Positions 38,231 through 47,337 of a stretch of DNA of 60,670 bases are shown here, piece after piece (the stretch's first letter is position 1; each line of letters begins with the position of its first letter). The notes under the pieces were generated by a model, which was not told the origin of the DNA, did no database searches, and saw nothing but the letters and a program-made list of their open reading frames with translations. Origin of the DNA: an uncultured Muribaculaceae bacterium (GTDB taxonomy: Bacteria; Bacillota_I; Bacilli_A; RF39; UBA660); the NCBI GenBank assembly GCA_964369355.1, contig CAYJEO010000001.1, positions 31,090-91,759 on the forward strand. Direction: 5' to 3'. Both the position numbers and the translations under genes were made by a program.

Positions 38231-38912
38231 GTTTGAATTTTCCTTTCTCAAAGTCTTTTAAGATTCTTCCTGAATCTAATAATATAACTCTTTTTTTCAT
38301 TTTATCAACTAGATCCATATCATGGGTAACCATAATAACTGTTGTTCCTAGTTTATTAATTTCTTCTAAAACTTTCATGATTTCCATACTTGTTACTTCA
38401 TCTAAGTTTCCTGTAGGTTCATCACATATTAATAATTTTGGTTCATTTACAATTGCTCTTGCTATTGCAACACGTTGTTGTTCCCCACCTGATAATTCAG
38501 TTGGGTAGTTTTTTACCTTATGTTTTAATCCAACTAAATCTAATACTTTTACTACTTTTAAATGTATTTCATCTTTTGGCATTCCAAATATTTCTAAAGC
38601 AAATGCTACATTTTCATAAACTGTTAATTTATTTAGTAATTTAAAATCTTGGAATACTACTCCTAATTGTCTTCTTAATTTATAAACTTTGCTATTTCTT
38701 AGTTTACCTACATCAACTCCACCTACAATGATTTTTCCACTTGTTGGTTTTAATTCTCTATAAATCATTTTAATTAATGTAGATTTACCACAACCTGTTG
38801 TTCCTATTATAAAGGCAAAGTCACCTTTCGTTATATTTAAGTCTAAATCATATACAGCTGTTACACCATTTTTATATACTTTTTTGACATTTTTCATTCT
38901 TATTAAATCCAT
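38205..38912 (-). CDS. ftsE: Cell division ATP-binding protein FtsE
   Basis: Walker A GTTGCGKST, signature LSGGEQQR, Walker B LLICDEPTGNLD. Confidence 0.9.
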   Translation of the reverse strand: MDLIRMKNVKKVYKNGVTAVYDLDLNITKGDFAFIIGTTGCGKSTLIKMIYRELKPTSGKIIVGGVDVGKLRNSKVYKLRRQLGVVFQDFKLLNKLTVYENVAFALEIFGMPKDEIHLKVVKVLDLVGLKHKVKNYPTELSGGEQQRVAIARAIVNEPKLLICDEPTGNLDEVTSMEIMKVLEEINKLGTTVIMVTHDMDLVDKMKKRVILLDSGRILKDFEKGKFKHESIKNII

Positions 38913-38921
38913 ATTACCACC

Positions 38922-39800
38922 TTAAGCTCCACCGCTTACTTCATAAGAATCTGATACTACGAAAAACGCAGTTGGATCTATTTTATGAAGCCCTTCTTTT
39001 ACTATAAAATATTCTTTTGTTGGTATTGTACACATTATAACCTTTTGTCTGTTTCCTGTAAATCCACCTTTACCATCTAAAACTGTTACTCCATGTCCTA
39101 AATCATTCATTATAAAACTTTTTACTGCTGTTTCATGTTCTGTAATAATGTGAAACATTTTTGATTGTGATATTCCTAATATTACTCTATCAGTCATTAC
39201 ACTAATTATATATAAAGTAATTAATGAATACATAAGTTGTGCCCATCCAAATACAAATACACCACCTACTATTATTAAACCATCTGTAAAAAACATTGCA
39301 TTACCAATTGACATTTTTCCATATTTTGAAACTATTTGATTTAAAATATCTGTTCCACCTGTTGTATATCCTGCTTTAAATATTAATCCAAGTCCTAATC
39401 CACTTAAAACTGCTCCGAATATAGTAAATAAAATTGGATCTGTTGTTCCTAAATCTATTAATTCAGGAATTTCTGTTGTTAATTCAACAAATACAGGATA
39501 TAAAAGTGATCCTATTATTGAATTAGCTGTTTTTTTCTTTCCTAATAAGAAGAAACTCATTATTAATAAAATAATTGATCCTATTAATATTACTAATGAT
39601 GGAGTAATTCCATACAATTCTTCTAATATTACTGATACTCCACTTACTCCATATACTATTTTCATTGGAAATATAAATAAATTAAATGATAGTGCTACTA
39701 AGAATACACCAGTTAAAAATTGTGCATATCTTGGTAATAACGATGTTTTATATATTGTTGTAATAATATTTATGTTTTCTTTTGCTTTTTTCCTAAACAT
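38922..39800 (-). CDS. YitT family membrane protein (DUF2179 C-terminal domain)
   Basis: Five to six TM segments with GGTDIL, then a soluble C-terminal domain (VTVLDGKGGFTG...TIPTKE). Typical YitT architecture. Confidence 0.75.
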   Translation of the reverse strand: MFRKKAKENINIITTIYKTSLLPRYAQFLTGVFLVALSFNLFIFPMKIVYGVSGVSVILEELYGITPSLVILIGSIILLIMSFFLLGKKKTANSIIGSLLYPVFVELTTEIPELIDLGTTDPILFTIFGAVLSGLGLGLIFKAGYTTGGTDILNQIVSKYGKMSIGNAMFFTDGLIIVGGVFVFGWAQLMYSLITLYIISVMTDRVILGISQSKMFHIITEHETAVKSFIMNDLGHGVTVLDGKGGFTGNRQKVIMCTIPTKEYFIVKEGLHKIDPTAFFVVSDSYEVSGGA

Positions 39801-40898
39801 TATTCTTCCCTCCTTAAACTAGCATTTATAAATAAATCTAAATCTCCATCTAAAACTTTTGATACAGAAGACGTTTCTTTATTTGTTCTATGGTCCTTTA
39901 CCATTGAATATGGATGCATAACATAACTTCTAATTTGTGAACCAAAATTAATATCCATAGGACTTCCTTTTAATTGATTTAATTGTTCTTGTTTTCTTTC
40001 TTGTTCTAATTTATATAATTTATTTTTAAGTATTTCTAATGCTTTTTCTTTATTTTGAATTTGCGATCTTTCGTTTTGACATGTCACTACTGTTTTAGTA
40101 GGTAGATGCGTAATTCTTACTGCTGAATCTGTTGTATTAACTGATTGGCCACCTGCTCCTGATGAGCGGTAAACATCTATTCTTAAATCTGATTCTTTTA
40201 TTTCAATATCGAAGTTTTTTTCCATTTTAGGAATGATATCAATTGATGCAAATGAAGTGTGTCTTCTTGAGTTTGAATCAAAAGGTGAAATACGTACTAG
40301 TCTATGTACTCCTCTTTCTTCTTTTAAATATCCAAAAGCATTAGTTCCTTTTACAATTATTGTTGCTCCTTTTATACCTACTTCTTCTCCTGGTTGTTCT
40401 TCTATTATTTCCGCTTTAAAGCCTTTATTTTCAATATATCTCAAATACATTCTATATAGCATATTAGCCCAGTCACATGCTTCTGTACCACCTGCTCCTG
40501 AATGTATTTCTAAAATTGCATCTTCTTTATCAAATTCTTTATTTAATAATAATTTTGTTTCTAAATTTTCTAGTAAGTTATTAGTTGGATTTACTTCTTT
40601 TTCTATTAAATTAAAAAATTCTAAATCAAAGTCTTCTTTTAATAAATTAAGTGTTTCTATATTATTTTGTACACTATTTTTTAAATTATCAAATTCACTT
40701 AATATGCTTTTTAATTCATTTGCTTCTTTGATTATTCCCTCACTTGTTTTTTTATCTGACCAAAAGTCTGGTTCATTCATTTTTTCTTCTAATTCTTTTA
40801 ATCTAATGTTTTTATTATCTGGGTCAAAGAGCCCTCCATAAACTATTTATTTTTTCTAAATAGTTGTTGTATATATTTATTAATTCATTTAGTTCCAT
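39800..40898 (-). CDS. prfB: Peptide chain release factor 2 (requires programmed +1 frameshift)
   Basis: ORF0 ATG at 40898 encodes MELNELINIYNNYLEKINSLWRAL, ending CTT TGA C (40829-40823). The +1 frame continues DPDNKNIRLKELEEKMNEPDFW... into the 326-aa ORF, which carries SPF and GGQ motifs. Confidence 0.9.
40823..40837 (-). promoter_or_regulatory. RF2 autoregulatory +1 frameshift site
   Basis: Internal SD-like GGAGGG (40837-40832), 2-nt spacer, then slippery CTT followed by in-frame TGA and C. Confidence 0.85.
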
Positions 40899-40962
40899 AT
40901 AATCACCTTACTTTTATCATTATAACATTTTTTTTAATTAAAAAAAAGGTATTTTAAACCTT

Positions 40963-41751
40963 TTATACTCCCATACTATTTGTTTCTGGTAAAGTAGAAC
41001 CACCGTCTATTACTATACCTTGTCCAGTTATGTAAGAAGATTCATCGCTTGCTAAAAATGCTGCTAATTCTCCTATTTCTTCTATTGTTCCCAATCTTTT
41101 CATAGGTACTGCTGAACCTATTGAATCTATTACAGATTGCGGATTTTGTGGATTACTATCTTTAGCCATATTTTCTACTAACGGTGTTAATATGTATCCT
41201 GGTAAAATAGAGTTTACTCTTATATTATCATTTACAACTTCCATTGCTAATGATTTCGTAAATCCCATATTAGCTGCTTTTGTAGTTGCATATGCTACTT
41301 CCCCTGGATCTGCTACCATAGGTCCTGTTACACTAGATAAATTTACAATTGCACCATATTGTTCTTTTTTCATATGTTTAATTACTGATTTACTTACATT
41401 CCAAGGTCCTTTTATATTTATATCAAAATGCTTATCTCTTATTTCATTTGATGTTTCTAAGAACGAACTTAATAAGCAAATTCCTGCATTATTTACTAAA
41501 ATGTCTATTTTTTGATGTTTAGTAATTATATCATTTACACAATTTTCTACTAATTGATCATTACTTATATCTACTTTATAACCAAAAACTTTTCCTTGAT
41601 ATTCATTTAGATTAGTTAAAGTTTCTGCTATCTTTTCACTATAGTCTAAAATTATTACTTTAGCTCCATATTTTAAAAATACTTTTACAATTCCTAATCC
41701 ATTTCCCATAGCTCCGCCTGTTACTATTGCTACTTTATTTTCTAATTTCAT
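40963..41751 (-). CDS. SDR family oxidoreductase
   Basis: TGGAMGNGLG (TGxxxGxG), NNAG, catalytic YATTK (YxxxK). 262 aa. Confidence 0.85.
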   Translation of the reverse strand: MKLENKVAIVTGGAMGNGLGIVKVFLKYGAKVIILDYSEKIAETLTNLNEYQGKVFGYKVDISNDQLVENCVNDIITKHQKIDILVNNAGICLLSSFLETSNEIRDKHFDINIKGPWNVSKSVIKHMKKEQYGAIVNLSSVTGPMVADPGEVAYATTKAANMGFTKSLAMEVVNDNIRVNSILPGYILTPLVENMAKDSNPQNPQSVIDSIGSAVPMKRLGTIEEIGELAAFLASDESSYITGQGIVIDGGSTLPETNSMGV

Positions 41752-41752
41752 A

Positions 41753-42022
41753 TTAATCTTCCTTTTCTAAAATAAAATATTTACATTCATAAGCACATTT
41801 TTCTTTTATATATTTTTTAATATTAGTAAAATCATTAATATTGGTACATGATTTATTTTCTGGTTTATAAAATCCTTTTAATCTAAGTTTCCCATAAGCC
41901 CAGTCTCCTAGTATGTAATCATATTCTGAAAAATAATCTGTATATTTTTTTTCTACTTCGTCTTTTATAAATCCGTCTTTATAATCTTCTATTAATTTAT
42001 ATTTTATACCTTCTAATACCAT
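41753..42022 (-). CDS. yutD: YutD-like protein (DUF1027)
   Basis: LIEDYKDGFIKDEVEKKYTDYFSEYDYILGDWAYGKLRLKGFY matches the YutD family core. Confidence 0.7.
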   Translation of the reverse strand: MVLEGIKYKLIEDYKDGFIKDEVEKKYTDYFSEYDYILGDWAYGKLRLKGFYKPENKSCTNINDFTNIKKYIKEKCAYECKYFILEKED

Positions 42023-42058
42023 TTTATCACCTACTATAATTATACACCTTTTTTATTA

Positions 42059-42811
42059 TTAATCTACTGGTATTGATAAAATTGATGAATTTTCGTTTAT
42101 TCCGTTTGCATAATATTCTGGTACACTACCATTTATTAACTTAATAGATATCGGTATTTTGGAATCAATAGTTATTTTTTCTGTTAGAAATGGCATTATA
42201 ACTTGTACTGATGTTTCTACTTCTATAAATACTTCTAATAAAGCATTGTTAATTCCATATTCTTTTATTTCTGTTTTTATATTACTGATAACATTTCCTA
42301 CTAAGTTTAATCTTACTGGTATTTTAGGTCCTAAATTTGATAATAAAGAGTTATTTAAAGGTAATAATGAAGGTATATAAAAAATAACCCCATTGTTTTC
42401 ATTTTTATATTCTAAATTAGGGTCATTTTGATAACTATTTAAATTTAAAACACCATTTTCTAATTCTATTAAATTTTCGTATATATTAGTTGTAACTGAT
42501 GTTAATAACTTATTTACTATTATTGGATTAAAATCTATTGTATTTATTTCTTCATTTATATTTTTATTTATTAAAAATAAATTTTCTATATCTATTTGAT
42601 CTGTTATTTCTTTATTTATAGATAAATTTACTATTTGTGATGTTATTTTTATTATTTCTTGACTAGCATAATTATTTAAAGTTGGCATTATTTTATCATT
42701 TATGTATAAAAATGATGAATATATCCCTATAAAAACTAGGATAATTAAAATAATTATTTTATCTTTGTTAGTAATTTTTATTTTTTTATATTTCTTTATT
42801 TTTTTTCTCAT
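42059..42811 (-). CDS. yunB: Sporulation protein YunB
   Basis: N-terminal TM helix. LGPKIPVRLNLVGNV...EYGINNALLEVFIEVE...VPEYY corresponds to the conserved YunB C-terminal region. Confidence 0.7.
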   Translation of the reverse strand: MRKKIKKYKKIKITNKDKIIILIILVFIGIYSSFLYINDKIMPTLNNYASQEIIKITSQIVNLSINKEITDQIDIENLFLINKNINEEINTIDFNPIIVNKLLTSVTTNIYENLIELENGVLNLNSYQNDPNLEYKNENNGVIFYIPSLLPLNNSLLSNLGPKIPVRLNLVGNVISNIKTEIKEYGINNALLEVFIEVETSVQVIMPFLTEKITIDSKIPISIKLINGSVPEYYANGINENSSILSIPVD

Positions 42812-42832
42812 ATTTAATTATATGAAAAAAGA

Positions 42833-43366
42833 CTATATAAATATATAATCTTTTTTTTCTTCTTGAATTTCTTCTAGGGTGATTATTTTATTTTGTTCTA
42901 ATGAGGATTTAACATCTATTAGTCTTTGATTAGTTGAACCTCTAAATTTAGTATTATAACTTAGTTTATCTAGTTCGAATTTACCATCGATTAAAACATC
43001 AATATTATTTAATAAATCTAAAAAATATTTGTTTTTAGAATTTATTATTTGTTCATAAGTATATCCTGTATAACACCAAACATTTAAACCTATATCTTTA
43101 ACAGATGCAGCTATATATGCGCATTGTTTTGCTTGCATAAATGGTTCTCCACCTGATAGTGTTATTCCATCATGATATTTTAAGTTTTTTATTTGTTTAA
43201 TTAATAAATCAACGTCAATATCAAATCCATCATTTGTATCATGTGTTGCAGGATTTTGACAACCTTTACAATTATGAGAACATCCTTGAGTCCATACAAC
43301 TGCTCTTATGCCTATTCCATCAACTATACTTTCTTCTTGTAAGTTAGCAGCTAATCTTATTTGCAT
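42833..43366 (-). CDS. nrdG: Anaerobic ribonucleoside-triphosphate reductase activating protein
   Basis: Radical SAM cluster GCSHNCKGCQNP, then GITLSGGEP. 177 aa. Confidence 0.9.
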   Translation of the reverse strand: MQIRLAANLQEESIVDGIGIRAVVWTQGCSHNCKGCQNPATHDTNDGFDIDVDLLIKQIKNLKYHDGITLSGGEPFMQAKQCAYIAASVKDIGLNVWCYTGYTYEQIINSKNKYFLDLLNNIDVLIDGKFELDKLSYNTKFRGSTNQRLIDVKSSLEQNKIITLEEIQEEKKDYIFI

Positions 43367-43506
43367 TCGTGTTTTACTCTGTCTTTTTCTTCTGCTTGTT
43401 TAGCGTCATTAAATCTTTCTTTAGTTCCTACTAAATATCCAGTAATTCGTCTGATTCTTTCAAATCCTACTCCTTCTCCTTCTTTTTTTACTACTCTTTT
43501 TTCCAT
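43357..43506 (-). CDS. Stand-alone NrdD glycyl-radical tail (49 aa)
   Basis: Not in the ORF track (<60 aa). Sequence MEKRVVKKEGEGVGFERIRRITGYLVGTKERFNDAKQAEEKDRVKHECK carries the class III RNR C-terminal R(V/I)xGYL...N.(G/A)K..E...RVKH signature. Own RBS GGTGATAAT ATG. Its stop overlaps the nrdG start. Confidence 0.65.
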   Translation of the reverse strand: MEKRVVKKEGEGVGFERIRRITGYLVGTKERFNDAKQAEEKDRVKHECK

Positions 43507-43514
43507 ATTATCAC

Positions 43515-45755
43515 CTATAATCTTTCTATTCCTTCAAAAGCTTTTCTACCACACCCTGGGCATACATCTCCAATTATTCCAACATATCCACATACTGGAT
43601 CTCTATCTACTGGGTGGTTTATTGCTCCGTATCCTATTTTTGCATCATGCATTATTCTTATTATTTTTTCAAATGCTTCTAGATTAGATGATGTATCTCC
43701 ATCTAATTCTATATATGAAATGTGACCAGCATTTGTAAGTGCATGATATGGGCCTTCTAGATGTAATTTATTTGGCACTGATATTTCATAATGTACTGGT
43801 ACATGAAATGAGTTTGTATAGTAATTTCTATCTGTTATACCATTTAATTTACCATATATTGCTTGATCTATTTTTAAAAATCTACCTGATAGTCCTTCTG
43901 CTGGTGTTGCAATTAGTGAGAAATTTAATTTATATTTAGTTGCATATTCATCAGCTTTTTGTCTCATGAATCCAATAATTTCAAGACCTAATTCTTGGGC
44001 TTCTTTTGTTTCTCCGTGATGTTTACCTATTAATGCTTTTAAACATTCTGCTAAACCTATAAATCCAAATGTTAAAGTACCATGTTTTAATACTTTTCTT
44101 AATTTGTCTGTAGATTTTAACTTTTCTGAATCCATCCATACTCCTTGTCCCATTAAAAATGGGAAATTATATACATGTGCATTTCCTTGAATTTCAAATC
44201 GTTCTAATAATTGGTCTTTAACTAAATCTAGTAATTCTTCTAATTCTTTAAAGAAACCTTCTAAATCTGTTTTTTCATTTATAGCATTACCATATTTTAG
44301 TCCAAGTCTAGGTAAATTAATTGATGTAAATGATAAATTACCTCTACCTGGTGTTATTGCTTTATTTTCATCCACTACATTTGATAAAACTCTTGTTCTA
44401 CAACCCATATAAGATACTTCAGTATTATAGTCTCCTTCTTTATAATATTGTAAGTTATAAGGAGAATCTATAAATGAGAAATTAGGGAATAATCTTTTAG
44501 CTGATACTTTACATGATAATTTAAATAAATCATAATTTATATCACCTTCATTAAAATTTATTCCTTCTTTTACTTTAAATATCGATATAGGGAATATTGG
44601 TGTTTCATTTTTACCTAGCCCTGAATCTGCTGCTAGTAAATAATTTTTAACAACCATTCTTCCTTCTTCTGATGTATCTGTTCCAAAGTTAATTGATGAA
44701 AATGGAACTTGTGCTCCTGCTCTTGAATGCATTGTATTTAAATTATGTATAAATGCTTCCATTGCTTGATATGTAATTCTATCTGTTTTTTGTAAGGCTT
44801 TTTCATATGATGTTTTAAATATTTTTTCTATTTGTTCTGATTTTTCTGTAAATTTATTAAATATTTCTAAATCAAATTTAATTGATTTTAATTTATTTAT
44901 TTCTTTTGCTATATCGTCCATATTAACTATATTTAATAATGATGAAAAGTCTAGAAAATCATATATTGCTTGTTTAAATTGTTTTTTAAAAGTAACAAGT
45001 ACTCCCGGTGCTAGATAATAATCAAATGCTGGTATACTTTGTCCCCCATGTTGATCATTTTGATTTGATTGAATTGCTATTGCTGCTAATGCTGAATAAC
45101 TCATAATATCTTTTGGTTGTCTTAAATGTCCATGTCCTGTTGAAAAACCATTTGTAAATAATTTTTTTAAATCTATTTGGCAACATGTTACAGTTTTCAT
45201 TGGCATAAAGTCCATGTCATGAATATGTATATCACCATTATCATGTGCCTCAGCAAATTTTTCTTTCATCATATATGCCTTAGCAAATTCTTTTGATAAA
45301 CTACTTCCATATTGAAGCATAGTTCCCATTGCAGTATCACCATCTACATTGGCATTTTCTCTTTTTGAATCTTCTTCTTCAGCTGATTTTAATGTAAGAC
45401 TTTCTAAAGATTTTAAAAATTTATGTTGTTTGTGTTCTCCGAATATATATTGTCTAGCATTACTTCTTTTTTCTCTATATAAAGAAAATGATTCATAAGC
45501 ATCTTTATATCCTAGTTCATTTAATTCATTTTCAATCAAATCTTGAATTTGTTCGATTTTAATTTTGTCTACGTTTAAGTTTTTTATTTTTTCTAAAACA
45601 GTAGTATATACTTTATTAACATCTTCTTCATTATATTTTAATTCGTCTTCATCTATTTTAATAGAATCCATACCTTTTTTAATGGCTAATGCGATTTTAG
45701 CACCATTGAAATCTACTTTTTTTCCATTTCTTTTAATTACTTTTAAATTTTCCAT
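43515..45755 (-). CDS. nrdD: Anaerobic ribonucleoside-triphosphate reductase large chain, ending just after the Zn ribbon (no glycyl-radical motif)
   Basis: N-terminal ATP-cone (VIKRNGKKVDFNGAKIALAI), class III RNR core, C-terminal ...VDRDPVCGYVGIIGDVCPGCGRKAFEGIERL*. GTG 45770 lies within the GGAGGT RBS, so ATG 45755 is used. Confidence 0.88.
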   Translation of the reverse strand: MENLKVIKRNGKKVDFNGAKIALAIKKGMDSIKIDEDELKYNEEDVNKVYTTVLEKIKNLNVDKIKIEQIQDLIENELNELGYKDAYESFSLYREKRSNARQYIFGEHKQHKFLKSLESLTLKSAEEEDSKRENANVDGDTAMGTMLQYGSSLSKEFAKAYMMKEKFAEAHDNGDIHIHDMDFMPMKTVTCCQIDLKKLFTNGFSTGHGHLRQPKDIMSYSALAAIAIQSNQNDQHGGQSIPAFDYYLAPGVLVTFKKQFKQAIYDFLDFSSLLNIVNMDDIAKEINKLKSIKFDLEIFNKFTEKSEQIEKIFKTSYEKALQKTDRITYQAMEAFIHNLNTMHSRAGAQVPFSSINFGTDTSEEGRMVVKNYLLAADSGLGKNETPIFPISIFKVKEGINFNEGDINYDLFKLSCKVSAKRLFPNFSFIDSPYNLQYYKEGDYNTEVSYMGCRTRVLSNVVDENKAITPGRGNLSFTSINLPRLGLKYGNAINEKTDLEGFFKELEELLDLVKDQLLERFEIQGNAHVYNFPFLMGQGVWMDSEKLKSTDKLRKVLKHGTLTFGFIGLAECLKALIGKHHGETKEAQELGLEIIGFMRQKADEYATKYKLNFSLIATPAEGLSGRFLKIDQAIYGKLNGITDRNYYTNSFHVPVHYEISVPNKLHLEGPYHALTNAGHISYIELDGDTSSNLEAFEKIIRIMHDAKIGYGAINHPVDRDPVCGYVGIIGDVCPGCGRKAFEGIERL

Positions 45756-45782
45756 ACATCTGACCTCCACTACTATGATTTC

Positions 45783-45812
45783 ATTATAGTCACAAAATTA
45801 AGTTAAAGTCAA
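45783..45812 (-). promoter_or_regulatory. Putative nrdD promoter
   Basis: Minus strand TTGACT-18 nt-TATAAT, about 25 nt upstream of the RBS. Confidence 0.45.
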
Positions 45813-45936
45813 TATACATTTTGTTTGCTTTTAATATGTGTTTTTTTGACATTTATAATAAAATATTACCTTTTTCTCTTTATTTATAATAAAATTTGTT
45901 TCTTTTTTATTTTGAAAAAATTTGTTCGTTTTATTA

Positions 45937-45960
45937 AAAAAAGAATATTTTCATATTCTT
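45937..45960 (-). terminator. Terminator copy A (24-nt repeat) after the pilin-like gene
   Basis: AAAAAAGAATATTTTCATATTCTT. Minus-strand hairpin AAGAATAT-gaaa-ATATTCTT followed by 7 U (the repeat covers 6; plus-strand 45936 adds one). Identical 24 nt at 47338-47361. Confidence 0.7.
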
Positions 45961-47284
45961 ATTTAACTACTACATATGGATCGTTGTATAAACCTGTTCC
46001 TGTCAATGTTACATCTGCTTTTAAGGATATAACAGGTCTTACATAATATGACTTCCATGTGTATGTGGCCCAAATTTGTTCATTTGAAGTTGTTGCTAGA
46101 CCGTAAGAAGATCCCCAACCTATTCCTTGTGTTGTTATTGTCCAATTCCAAAGTCCATTATATAAATAATTACTGCTAATAAACGGCCAGCTATCACCTT
46201 CTTGCCTGTGATAACTACCAGACAAAACTGCTTCATGAAAGTCATATGTACCAACTGGATAAGTTAATAATCCATTTCCATACTCAGATTCTTCTACTGT
46301 ATAACTTGATTCTTTATTACATTCAAGATTATAACCTTTTGAATATATTTCATAAAATTTTTGGTGATCATTAGTAGAATAGGTCCATCCTTGATTAAGT
46401 GATGTTCCTGAGGTTTGCCCACTGTCCGAGCAAAACACTGAGTCTGCTATATACTCTTGACTATCAATTATATTTGTAGCATACCAATTATCTAACACTA
46501 TTTTTAAGTTTGAAGATGTTATAGTACCATCAACATTTTCATAAGCATATTTAAGAATGTTTGAATTTGTAGAATTGGGATTGTAACTATGAGTACCTAT
46601 TGTTGTATCAACTCCTATTTTCCCTGTTTGTTCTGCTTCTGTTGGTGGTGTAGTTCCTGCATATATTATGCGTATTGTTCCATCACCATTTATTCTTATA
46701 ATATTCCAATAATAATCATCAAATTTTAACCAATTATCATTAACTGCACCTCGATAGTAATAAGATTCACCTAAACTATCTGTAGTAACATGAATACCTG
46801 TATCTATCTCTACTACAGAGGGTGCTGTTATTTTGTTTTTTGCGTTTATTACATCCATTCCCTCGCTTGACAATATGTATTCGGCAGTATTAAAATTCGG
46901 TACACATTCTTCTTGTGTTTTAATTGTATTATCTTCATTTATTTCTTTATCTTCAAAGTTTTTTGTATAGCAAACATTATCCAAATACACTGCTATATAT
47001 ATTTGCCCATTGTCTTTTATTTTTAAAATCCCATTATCTGGTTTTTCTGATGTTGTTTTTATTTCACTATATAAATTAGTTTCACCATCAAAAGTAATTC
47101 CTTCTAAATGCGATGTTGCATAATATGTTTCAGCTCCATCTAGTATAAATTTTACTTCTGATAAGTTTGCAGACTTTTGTGCATCATCTATTATACCTAA
47201 AATAATAGGTGTTGCTATTGCCATTATTATCACTAATATTACTAATACAGCTAGTAACTCAATTAATGTGAATCCCTTTTTCAT
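45959..47284 (-). CDS. Type IV pilin-like protein (prepilin N-terminal cleavage/methylation domain) with large C-terminal domain
   Basis: MKKG|FTLIELLAVLVILVIIMAIA class III leader. Downstream YYYRGAVNDNWLKFDDYYWNIIRINGDGTIRIIYAG, LDNWY, YVRPVISLK. AGGAGAG RBS. Confidence 0.85.
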   Translation of the reverse strand: MKKGFTLIELLAVLVILVIIMAIATPIILGIIDDAQKSANLSEVKFILDGAETYYATSHLEGITFDGETNLYSEIKTTSEKPDNGILKIKDNGQIYIAVYLDNVCYTKNFEDKEINEDNTIKTQEECVPNFNTAEYILSSEGMDVINAKNKITAPSVVEIDTGIHVTTDSLGESYYYRGAVNDNWLKFDDYYWNIIRINGDGTIRIIYAGTTPPTEAEQTGKIGVDTTIGTHSYNPNSTNSNILKYAYENVDGTITSSNLKIVLDNWYATNIIDSQEYIADSVFCSDSGQTSGTSLNQGWTYSTNDHQKFYEIYSKGYNLECNKESSYTVEESEYGNGLLTYPVGTYDFHEAVLSGSYHRQEGDSWPFISSNYLYNGLWNWTITTQGIGWGSSYGLATTSNEQIWATYTWKSYYVRPVISLKADVTLTGTGLYNDPYVVVK

Positions 47285-47337
47285 ATATACTCTCCTATTC
47301 TATTAATATTTTATCAAAAATTACTTTTTTTAACAAT

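Noticed and set aside
40233-40841. 202-aa plus-strand ORF antisense to prfB. Similar long shadow ORFs occur at 21584-21982, 37893-38261, 5503-5829, 41192-41515, 38221-38508 and 43361-43687.
   Set aside because: All lie opposite strongly recognisable genes. They are Ser/Phe/Leu/Ile-rich low-complexity translations typical of antisense frames in AT-rich DNA, and they lack RBSs.
8084-42832. Recurrent AAAAAGACT...AGTCTTTTT hairpins (8084, 10434, 13121, 23128, 25030, 29679, 42820) considered as a REP/MITE-like dispersed repeat.
   Set aside because: Only the short GAC/GTC stem core is shared. Loops, stem lengths and flanks differ, and every copy sits exactly at a gene end, consistent with independent intrinsic terminators in AT-rich DNA. 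The 24-nt pair at 45937/47338 is the exception and is reported separately.
43575-43592. VCGYVG in the large NrdD ORF, which resembles the glycyl-radical motif (RVCGYLG).
   Set aside because: Its position, immediately before CPGCG, matches the first knuckle of the NrdD Zn ribbon (C..CGY.G...CP.CG, here with Asp in place of the first Cys). It lacks the following N.GK..E...RVKH block, which is found instead on the 49-aa ORF.
45783-45845. Possible NrdR boxes (ACACATATT..., ...ATTTTGTGA half-sites) around the nrdD promoter.
   Set aside because: I could not assemble a convincing 16-bp palindrome or a properly spaced tandem pair. These are only AT-rich half-site resemblances, and no nrdR gene is in view.
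45825-46046. 73-aa plus-strand ORF spanning the nrdD upstream region and the pilin gene's 3' end.
   Set aside because: It overlaps the terminator and the end of a well-supported minus-strand gene. The peptide is hydrophobic and low-complexity, and no RBS is present.
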